64,000 bases of DNA from Candidatus Promineifilaceae bacterium. GTDB taxonomy: Bacteria > Chloroflexota > Anaerolineae > Promineifilales > Promineifilaceae. Positions 44,860 through 53,068 of this stretch are shown here, in pieces (the first letter of the stretch is position 1; each line of letters opens with the position of its first letter). The stretch is taken from NCBI GenBank assembly GCA_041570195.1, contig JBFFWQ010000018.1:466-64465 (forward strand), in the 5' to 3' direction. The translations under genes and the position numbers were made by a program. Below the pieces are notes generated by a model. It was not told the DNA's origin. It did not search any database and saw only the letters and a program-made list of their open reading frames with translations.

Positions 44860-45699
44860 TTATCGTAATGCATCATTGCCATTGCCCGGTATCGATACAT
44901 CGCTCACGCTGCGACGCTGGCCAAATCCCATCTCGGCCGAGATCGTTTGCGCCGTTTCTTGTAAGGGATTTATGAAGCTTTCCACGATCCCAGGTCCCAT
45001 GCGGTAGGTCGGCCCAGAGACAGATACGGCAGCCACAGCCTGACCTTCATGATTGAATATAGGCGCAGCGATGCCACTGAACCCCGCTTCGAACTCCTCA
45101 TGCACAATGGCGTATCGTTGCAGCCGGATTTCTTTCAGGATATTGATGAGCGTTTGGTCGTCAGTCACCGTCTGGCTTGTGTACTTCACCAAAGGCAGTG
45201 CGAGCCTGACGGAACGTTCCCTGTCTGGCAAATAGGCCAACAGCACTTTTCCGGCCGCCGTACAATGCAAGGGCGTGCGCCGACCGATCCATCCTTCGTA
45301 GCGGATCGGTTGGGGGCTGCGCGCCCGTTCGATGTTCACACATTCATGACCTTCTATTACGGTGATGTTTACTGTTTCCTGCGTAGATGCCACCAAGTCA
45401 TTCAGATAAGGCTGGGCCACTCCGCGCACGTCCAGTCGCCCCAAAGCCACTCCGGCCAGGCCGATCAATCCTAATCCCAGCCGGTACCTCCCCGATTCTG
45501 GATTTCGACTAACCAGGCCACCTGCTTGCAGTGTCGCCAAGATGCGGGAAACGGTGCTTTTGTGCAAGCCAAGGCGATGGGCCAGTTCGGTCACGCGAAG
45601 TTCAGGCTCGTACTCAGTGAAGCTGCGCAGAATAGCTATCGCCCGCGCGACTGATTGGACGCTTTCAGTCGTCCTCGGCTTATCTTTAGGCATCGGCAA
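44860..45699 (-). CDS. IclR-family transcriptional regulator
   Basis: 279 aa. SVARAIAILRSF...LRVTELAHRLGLHKSTVSRILATLQAGGLV plus an IclR effector domain. Confidence 0.9.
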   Translation of the reverse strand: MPMPKDKPRTTESVQSVARAIAILRSFTEYEPELRVTELAHRLGLHKSTVSRILATLQAGGLVSRNPESGRYRLGLGLIGLAGVALGRLDVRGVAQPYLNDLVASTQETVNITVIEGHECVNIERARSPQPIRYEGWIGRRTPLHCTAAGKVLLAYLPDRERSVRLALPLVKYTSQTVTDDQTLINILKEIRLQRYAIVHEEFEAGFSGIAAPIFNHEGQAVAAVSVSGPTYRMGPGIVESFINPLQETAQTISAEMGFGQRRSVSDVSIPGNGNDALR

Positions 45700-45955
45700 A
45701 ACGCTCCGCTGCGTTACTTGATTGGCGAGATTAAGTTGTTGCGTATTATGAAACCCTGTTCCGAGACGTGCACGTGCTGATTATAGGCGAAGTTGGCCGA
45801 TCACGTCAATAGGTACGTCAGTACGATTTTGGTTCGAGCATACTGATAACAAGATGAATCGACGGCGCCGCTTCGCATTGTGAAGCACTCACTCCCGTTC
45901 CGCGGCCACGGCGCCACGAAACTACTCATCAACGGCCGCGTGTTATACTAGCCCA

Positions 45956-47260
45956 ATGACCTCCCCGACAAGAGTTCGCGTCCGGCTAAAGGCTCGCTAC
46001 CTTCCTTTTTTGCTCGGGCTAGTGCTTTTACTACAGCTGATTGTTCCCCATAAAAGCTGGATGATCCTGCTGGTGGGCCTGGGTGGCGCGTGGCTGATTG
46101 GCAATCGTTGGGCCTATTCGCTGGCCAGGAGTCTGGAACTGACGCGTGAGCGCCGCTTTGGCTGGACGCAGGTCGGCGATAACTTACAGGAACGTTTTAC
46201 TCTGACAAATCGTGGTTGGGCGCCAGCACTTTGGGTTACGGTGCGCGATCATTCTACCCTACCCGGCTACCAGGCCAGCAAAGTGCGAACGGTGGGAGGA
46301 CGGGCCTTGATCCACTGGTTCACGGATGGCGTTTGCTACCGCCGTGGCTTGTTCACGTTGGGACCCACTACTTTCGAGACGGGCGATCCTTTCGGTTTCT
46401 ATCGCGTCACGATTGACTATCCCGGCCTCTCGACAATGATGGTCATGCCGCCCATCGTGAAGCTGCCCGCCATCGACATCGCCTCCGCTGCGCGAGCAGG
46501 AGAGGGCCGACCCATCGCAGAACGCTCGCCAGACCGCTCAATAAGCGCAACCGGCGTGCGCGAGTTTGCTCAGGGCGACAGTCTGCATCGAATTCATTGG
46601 CCCACCTCGGCCCGTCACGATGATCTCTTTGTGCGTATTTTCGAACGTACACCGGCCAGCGACTGGTGGATCTTTCTGGATCTGTACCAACAGGTGCAGG
46701 CTGGCGTTGGGCAGAACGCATCTGAAGAACAAGCCATAATCCTGGCCGCTTCCCTGGCGTCGCAAGGACTAGAAGGAGGCACGGCCGTCGGCCTGGCGAC
46801 TTCCGGACTGGGCCAGGGCGCCGTCTGGCTGCCGCCGAAACTGGGAGACGATCAGCGCTGGCGAATCTTGCGCGAACTTGCTCTGGTAGAGCCCGGCGAT
46901 CAGCCCCTTACCCGGCAATTGGCCGGCGCCAGCGCCACGCTGAAAGAACGTAGCAGCTTGATCATCATCACGGCCGATATTGAGGGACAATGGCTCAACC
47001 CCATGCTGCTGCTGATGCGGCGCGGGATCATACCCACGGTGCTACTGCTGGATCGGGCAGCATTTGGCGGGCAAGGAGAGGCAGCCGGCGTTTTGGGCTC
47101 GTTGCTCGATCTGGGCGTCACCCACCATCTTATCATGCCCGATCTCCTGGAGCGGCCCGAAATGCAGCCAGGGCAAATCGGCAAATGGCGCCGCACGCAA
47201 CGAGGTCATTGGGAACCAAAGTTTGACCACGCTGCGCTGGATTGGAGAGAGCTGACATGA
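45956..47260 (+). CDS. DUF58 domain-containing membrane protein
   Basis: 434 aa with N-terminal TM helices. Signature VREFAQGDSLHRIHWPTSARHDDLFVRIFE. Confidence 0.85.
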   Translation: MTSPTRVRVRLKARYLPFLLGLVLLLQLIVPHKSWMILLVGLGGAWLIGNRWAYSLARSLELTRERRFGWTQVGDNLQERFTLTNRGWAPALWVTVRDHSTLPGYQASKVRTVGGRALIHWFTDGVCYRRGLFTLGPTTFETGDPFGFYRVTIDYPGLSTMMVMPPIVKLPAIDIASAARAGEGRPIAERSPDRSISATGVREFAQGDSLHRIHWPTSARHDDLFVRIFERTPASDWWIFLDLYQQVQAGVGQNASEEQAIILAASLASQGLEGGTAVGLATSGLGQGAVWLPPKLGDDQRWRILRELALVEPGDQPLTRQLAGASATLKERSSLIIITADIEGQWLNPMLLLMRRGIIPTVLLLDRAAFGGQGEAAGVLGSLLDLGVTHHLIMPDLLERPEMQPGQIGKWRRTQRGHWEPKFDHAALDWRELT

Positions 47261-49617
47261 GGCGCAGATGGCTGCGCCGTTTGAATCGAAGAATGCGCCG
47301 GGAGAACTGGTTGGCGCTTGGCCTGGTTCTGGCGATCTTCTTTATCATCCTCTTGCGGGTTGCCAGCGCTGTAGACGGCCTTGAATTTAGTCTCCTATGG
47401 CCAACGACTCTTCTGGGGTTAGCGCTCGGATGGGGGCTGGCAGCGGTCGCCGCGGGTCACCTGACGATCATCCTCGGTGTGCTGCTTGGCCCACCCTTGA
47501 TAATAATCCAGGTCGGCAACTTGTTAGCGCCATTGGCAGCTTTGGCCGTTTCCTTCGTCGCCTTCGTCAGCCAGGCGATACTCTCAAGCGCTATGCCCGC
47601 GTCCACTTCCCTTGTCACTGCTCGAGATGAACTTGCGGCTGCCACTAGTGCGCTCGTCACGCGATTGTACGATTGGTTCCTGGCATTGACGGGCGGAGAG
47701 CCTCTGTTCGACCCGGTGGCCACCGCAATTCTGTGGCTGCTGGTGCTATGGGCGGCCGCCTTTTGGGCCGGTTGGTCCGTGCGGCGGCGTAACCAACCAA
47801 TGTTCGCTCTACTTCCCGCCTTAATATTGTTGGCGGTTATTATCATCATCACCGGCACGTCAGCCTTGTACCTGGCGCCCGCGCTAGCACTGATGTTGAT
47901 ACTGAAAGCCACTATATCGCACGCCAAACGAGAACAGAAGTGGAAGGCGGATGAAATCAACTTTTCGCAGAAATCCGGCCGCAAGGTCGCCTGGACGACC
48001 TCGGGGCTGGCGCTGGCTTTGATGATCGTGATGCTCATCATGCCTTCGCCTTCGATTTACCGCCTGGCGGACCTGGCCCGAAACCGGTCCCAGCAACAGC
48101 GAGACCAGGAACTGGCCCGCTCATTAGGGTTGGAAGCTGCACCGGATGCGCGTGCTGTCGACGCCTTCGCCAATGAACGCCTTGGTGGCTTGCCGGCGCG
48201 CCACCTGATCGGTTCTGGACCCGAGTTATCCGAGCAGCCAATCATGGCCATCAGCGTCGAAGGGCCTAGTGCCCAGGCAAGCCGATTGCGCTACTGGCGG
48301 GGCCAGACCTATGACCGCTACAATGGTCGCGGCTGGGAGACCGGGGGCACGAGCACGATCGACTACGCGGCCGGCGAAACAGCCGGGAGAGCATTGGAGG
48401 GCCAGCAGTTGGTACGCCAGGAAGTGCGCCCCCTGACCGAACTCGGCGGGCTGCTATACGCCGCCGGCACGTTATGGACGGTAGATGAGGCCTTTCAGAT
48501 CGCCTGGCGCGCCCGCTATCGTGCGACCGAAACTTATACAGACTTCTTCGCGGCAGCGGCGGCCGATGGCAATACAGGCACCTATCGCGTGGATTCCTTC
48601 GTTCCCGATTTCGGCGAGGCTGAGCTGCGCGCCGCTGGCCGAGATATACCCGACTGGATCGCAGAGCGCTATCTGGCCCTGCCGGATGATGTATCGGCCC
48701 GGGTGAGGGCGCTGGCGCGCGATCTGACGGCTACCGAGCTAACAGCTTATGACCGGGCGCGGGCCATCGAGGCGTATTTACGCCAGTTTCCCTACACGCT
48801 TGGCCTACCCGCGCCGCCGGCCGACCGTGAAATAGCCGATTACTTCCTCTTTGAGCTTCAGCGCGGTTACTGTGATTATTATGCAACCACCATGGTCGTT
48901 CTGGCCCGGGCGGCAGGTCTGCCGGCGCGCCTGGCCACCGGGTTCATCGGCGGAATGTATGACCAGGAAGAACGCCGCTTCACAGTCACGGCCGATCTGG
49001 CCCACTCCTGGCCAGAGATCTACTTCCCGAATTATGGCTGGATTCAATTTGAGCCTACAGGCGGCCGGGCCATCATCGAGCGCCCGGCCAAGGCCCGGCC
49101 GCCGGTTGAATCGGAGCTAGAAGCAGAATTAGAACCGATTACCGAGGCTCGTAGTCGCGCCCGATGGAACCTGGTGCTAGGCGCTGCGGCCGGGGTGATG
49201 CTCTTCGCTGCCGTGGCTACCGTTAGCTGGTGGCTCGTAGATATTTGGCGGCTGCGCTACCTCAGTCCAAACCGGACCATCATACAGCTCTTCAAACGAC
49301 TAAGTCGTGGTGGCCATCGGTTGGATGTGCGACCAGAGCCAGGCGAGACGCCCCACGAATTCGCCGGCCGGTTGAGTGCGCGATTGGTTGCACTGTCCGG
49401 CAGCGAGCCCGAGAATGGGTCGTTGGCCTCAGCTCCAGAAGCGGTCTATTGGTTGACCGGACTCTATACGCGTTGTCTATTCAGCCCTTACGAAGCGCAG
49501 GCGAAGCAGCGCGCGCTGGCCATCCATACCTGGTCGCGGCTGCGCATCCAGCTGCTATGGGCAGCACTGCTGCAACGAAGCAAAAAAGGGATCCGCCGCT
49601 CTCATGACAGCCGCTAA
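47257..49617 (+). CDS. transglutaminase-like domain membrane protein (TgpA-like)
   Basis: Start at ATG 47257 (ATGA overlap with the DUF58 stop; GGAGAG 8 nt upstream). Multi-TM N-terminus and a transglutaminase core GYCDYYATTMVVLARAAGLPARL...HSWPEIY...WIQFEPT. Confidence 0.85.
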   Translation: MRRRWLRRLNRRMRRENWLALGLVLAIFFIILLRVASAVDGLEFSLLWPTTLLGLALGWGLAAVAAGHLTIILGVLLGPPLIIIQVGNLLAPLAALAVSFVAFVSQAILSSAMPASTSLVTARDELAAATSALVTRLYDWFLALTGGEPLFDPVATAILWLLVLWAAAFWAGWSVRRRNQPMFALLPALILLAVIIIITGTSALYLAPALALMLILKATISHAKREQKWKADEINFSQKSGRKVAWTTSGLALALMIVMLIMPSPSIYRLADLARNRSQQQRDQELARSLGLEAAPDARAVDAFANERLGGLPARHLIGSGPELSEQPIMAISVEGPSAQASRLRYWRGQTYDRYNGRGWETGGTSTIDYAAGETAGRALEGQQLVRQEVRPLTELGGLLYAAGTLWTVDEAFQIAWRARYRATETYTDFFAAAAADGNTGTYRVDSFVPDFGEAELRAAGRDIPDWIAERYLALPDDVSARVRALARDLTATELTAYDRARAIEAYLRQFPYTLGLPAPPADREIADYFLFELQRGYCDYYATTMVVLARAAGLPARLATGFIGGMYDQEERRFTVTADLAHSWPEIYFPNYGWIQFEPTGGRAIIERPAKARPPVESELEAELEPITEARSRARWNLVLGAAAGVMLFAAVATVSWWLVDIWRLRYLSPNRTIIQLFKRLSRGGHRLDVRPEPGETPHEFAGRLSARLVALSGSEPENGSLASAPEAVYWLTGLYTRCLFSPYEAQAKQRALAIHTWSRLRIQLLWAALLQRSKKGIRRSHDSR

Positions 49618-49770
49618 CAGCCCGTTGGTTTCGAGCCCTGAACGCCTGCATTTACGCGGTTCCAAAGGACCCTCTGGCCAGATGAACGGCTACAGCGATG
49701 TTCGGGGCATGGCCGTCAGCCCCAATGTGGTCGGCAAGTGATCCCGTGACCGGGGCGCCTCAATATCGTC

Positions 49771-50649
49771 TCATGTCTCGCCTGCCTCGCGCTTCCGGCG
49801 GGCGCGAAACGCCTTGATCCAATTCATGCCGTAGTCATCACGGCCCATTGCCAAATCGGCAGCCAGAATCGCCGTGATTATCTCCTTCACCAGAGGATTG
49901 GTGATCGGGCAGGTCAGGCCAGCATGGATGGCCATGGCAATGAACGCAGCGTTGACGTATTTGCGATCGGGTAGGCCAAAGGAGATATTGCTGGCGCCCA
50001 TCGTCACGTTAACGCCAAACTCTTTCACGACCAACATGATCGTCTCCAGGGAAACTCGGCCGGCGCTGCTGTCAGCTCCCATAGTCAAGGCCAGGGGATC
50101 GACAACGATATCCTCGGGCGGAATACCTAGTTGACCTGCGCGCTCAATGATCTTTCCGGCGACCGCCAGCCGCTTCTCGGGCGTCTCCGGGATGCCCTCG
50201 TCATCCATACACAAACCAATGACTGCGGCCTCATGTTCTTTGACCAACGGCAAAATCGCTTCCAGGGATCGCTCTTCGCCATTGACCGAGTTCACCAGAG
50301 CCTTGCCCTCATACAACGAGAGGGCGGCAGCCAGCGCATCTGGATCGGCCGTGTCAATGCACAAGGGCACGTCTGTCACTTCCATCACGGTACGCATTAC
50401 CTGGCCGAGCAAGACGGGTTCGTCCGCGCTCGGCACGCCAGCATTCACATCCAAGATTACAGCGCCGGCCACAACCTGGCTCAAGGCATCCTGGCGCACA
50501 ATATCGAAATTCCCGTCCTGTAAAGCAGCCAGGACTTTCTTGCGGCCGGTCGGGTTGATTCGTTCGCCGATGACTGAAGTCGGTCCAGTGCGGCTAATCT
50601 CCACCGTCTTTGTCTTGGATGCAACTATCGTTCGTAAGTTATTTGGCAT
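49771..50649 (-). CDS. methyltetrahydrofolate:corrinoid methyltransferase (pterin-binding), copy 2
   Basis: Start at ATG 50649 (GAGG 6 nt upstream). VIGERINPTGRKK, ILDVNAG, ALVNSV, GASNISFGLP. Colinear with copy 1. Confidence 0.85.
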   Translation of the reverse strand: MPNNLRTIVASKTKTVEISRTGPTSVIGERINPTGRKKVLAALQDGNFDIVRQDALSQVVAGAVILDVNAGVPSADEPVLLGQVMRTVMEVTDVPLCIDTADPDALAAALSLYEGKALVNSVNGEERSLEAILPLVKEHEAAVIGLCMDDEGIPETPEKRLAVAGKIIERAGQLGIPPEDIVVDPLALTMGADSSAGRVSLETIMLVVKEFGVNVTMGASNISFGLPDRKYVNAAFIAMAIHAGLTCPITNPLVKEIITAILAADLAMGRDDYGMNWIKAFRARRKREAGET

Positions 50650-50787
50650 TCTCCACCTCAAACGGATCAGTTAACGACTACGAATTGTTATCTCTTTTCT
50701 CGTGGTTTGATCGGGGCTGCCGATCGATAGATCTCCAGGTCCTATGTCCGTTCGGACTTCTTGCCCTGGTTTTTCCCGGCTTTCGAA

Positions 50788-53010
50788 TCACGTGTTTAGA
50801 TGCGTTTTGGATCCCTGATTGGCAGCATTACCCTGGCCGCGTTTAACCACGTTACACATTAAGGCCTTGTATACCGGAAAACCGGAAATTGGATCGCGAT
50901 TATCGAAGTCCGTCAATTGGTTGACGTTGCCACGTTGCCAGTCCACCGGCCCAACCGGACCCCCACCGCCCATATTCACTTCGACAACTCCGGGTACGAT
51001 ATGTTCCGTCACGTGAGCCCTAAATGGCGCCCTGCCTCGAGGAGAGAGTACGTAGACAGGATCTCCATCCACTATTCCCCTGGCATAGGCATCTTCTGGG
51101 TGTAGGTGAACCAGCGGGAAGGGTTGTTTAGCTGCCAAGGAAGGTATATTGTGGTGCTGAGAACGGAAGGCGGTCTGGGTTCGGGCGCCGGAATTAAATA
51201 CAAGCGGGTATTTCCGGGAGATTTCTGGCGCAGCCAACGGACCCTCAATGGGTTCGGTATAGGCCGGCAAAGGATCATATCCATTTTGCCGGAACCATTC
51301 CGAAGCAACTTCGAACTTTCCTGTTGGCGTATTGAAGCCCGGCGCGCCATCGGCCCGCAGTAAGCCTGCTTCATATTTGCGAAAGATCATGGCCGGCACG
51401 TCGAATGGCAAACCCTCAGGAAACTCGCGCAAGGCTTCCAGGGTAAAACCATTGTCGCCCAACGCGTCTCTTATCATGCCCTCTTCCGTTTGCGGCCAAA
51501 GCTGCCCATAACCTAAGCGGCGAGCCAATTCGGAGAATATCAGGTAATCGTTACGAGCCTCGCCGACCGGCTCAATCACCTTTTGCCTGAGTTGAATATA
51601 ACCATCGTGAATCATGTACGATTCAATCTCAAACATGGTCGTGGCTGGCAAAAGGATATCGGCGTAGCGGGCATCAGCCGTAGGGAAACGATTGACGATC
51701 ACCAGGAAATCGAGCGCCGCTAGCGCCCGGCGCCACAAGTCAGGATTAGGCCACGATGTAATGAGCGATGAGCCGCTGATGATCAAGGCCCGCACGGGGT
51801 AAGGATCATCCTCCAAGATAGCCCGGGGCAACAGGGCTGCATGGGCCTCCTTACGAACCTCGTAGTACAGCGGATATTCGTCGGCGCCAAGGGGTTTAGG
51901 CGAATCAAGTGGCAAAGGGGTCAAGATGCGGTTGAGCTGCAAACGGTCCGGCATCTTAAACAATTTGCCGCCCGGCACGTCCAGATGACCGGCGATGGCC
52001 TGCAGCGCCCATACCGCCCGAATTGCCTGGACCCCACCATTGGAATACTCCAGGCCAGTATAGGTTAGAATCGAGCATCCTTCTGCCTGGCCGACAGCCC
52101 TCGCTAACTCACGGATTCGATCGGCCGGCACCCAGCTGATTTGTTCAACACGCTCAGGGGTGAAGGCAGCCACATAGTCGCGCAATGCACGAAAACCATG
52201 CACCCATTGTTTGACGAAGGGAAGATCGTACAGTTCGTCAGCGATCAAGACGTGAATCATGGCCAGAGCCAGTGCGCCATCGGTTCCCGGCCGGATGCCT
52301 ATCCATTCGGCCCGCATGGCCTGGGCAGTTTCGCTGCGGCGATGATCAATGACCACGACCCGCGCACCACTGCGCTGGGCTCTCATAAGCCGGGGCAGAT
52401 TAATGGGCGACGAATCCGTGGTTGGGTTTTCACCCCAGACAAGGATCAGATCGGCCTGGTCGATATCCTCGACCATGTTACGCATATACTCACCAAAACA
52501 CGCGCGAGACGCGATCATGCCGTAGGCTGCATAACAAAGCGAGCCGACACCGCTTGCGTTGGGGGAACCAAAGGGAAACAAGACGGCATTGGCCGACGAT
52601 TCGACGGTTCCTTCAGGAGCAAATGCTTCATTTAGGCCGTATTCGAAGTTCCCCCGGCCGGTGTAGATACAGACGGACTCAGGACCGTGCCGCCTGGCGA
52701 TTTGATGCAGATTGTCGACGATTGCCTCATAGGCCACATCCCAGGTGATTCGCTCGAATAGCTGCTGGTCGCGCGCACCATTTCGCCTTTGCGGGAATAG
52801 GATTCGGTCAGGTGAATACACGATCTCCCGAGCATGCATACCCCGGGGGCAGACGATGCCTTGAGGATGTTCTTTGATGGGAGTTAGCCGGTCGATCTTG
52901 CCGTCGACTTTGTGGACATGCACACCACAGCCTGCCGGACAGATACCACATATGCTGGCGACCACTTCTTCGACCGGTGTTGTCGCGATGATGCTTTCAA
53001 TTAATTCCAC
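50788..53010 (-). CDS. molybdopterin (bis-MGD) oxidoreductase, cytoplasmic, substrate unknown
   Basis: 740 aa. N-terminal Fe-S motif CGICPAGCG...C. Typical MopB-family and C-terminal molybdopterin-binding patterns. No twin-arginine leader and no in-frame stop. Confidence 0.85.
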   Translation of the reverse strand: MELIESIIATTPVEEVVASICGICPAGCGVHVHKVDGKIDRLTPIKEHPQGIVCPRGMHAREIVYSPDRILFPQRRNGARDQQLFERITWDVAYEAIVDNLHQIARRHGPESVCIYTGRGNFEYGLNEAFAPEGTVESSANAVLFPFGSPNASGVGSLCYAAYGMIASRACFGEYMRNMVEDIDQADLILVWGENPTTDSSPINLPRLMRAQRSGARVVVIDHRRSETAQAMRAEWIGIRPGTDGALALAMIHVLIADELYDLPFVKQWVHGFRALRDYVAAFTPERVEQISWVPADRIRELARAVGQAEGCSILTYTGLEYSNGGVQAIRAVWALQAIAGHLDVPGGKLFKMPDRLQLNRILTPLPLDSPKPLGADEYPLYYEVRKEAHAALLPRAILEDDPYPVRALIISGSSLITSWPNPDLWRRALAALDFLVIVNRFPTADARYADILLPATTMFEIESYMIHDGYIQLRQKVIEPVGEARNDYLIFSELARRLGYGQLWPQTEEGMIRDALGDNGFTLEALREFPEGLPFDVPAMIFRKYEAGLLRADGAPGFNTPTGKFEVASEWFRQNGYDPLPAYTEPIEGPLAAPEISRKYPLVFNSGARTQTAFRSQHHNIPSLAAKQPFPLVHLHPEDAYARGIVDGDPVYVLSPRGRAPFRAHVTEHIVPGVVEVNMGGGGPVGPVDWQRGNVNQLTDFDNRDPISGFPVYKALMCNVVKRGQGNAANQGSKTHLNT

Positions 53011-53068
53011 TACCGATCCTTCAAAGCTCAGAATTCTGGGGCCTTATTGCAGCCGTTTTCTATACCTC

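Noticed and set aside
50788-53010. Selenocysteine (in-frame TGA) or a Tat signal in the molybdopterin oxidoreductase.
   Set aside because: The ORF is continuous over 740 codons. The N-terminus lacks an S/T-R-R-x-F-L-K-type motif.
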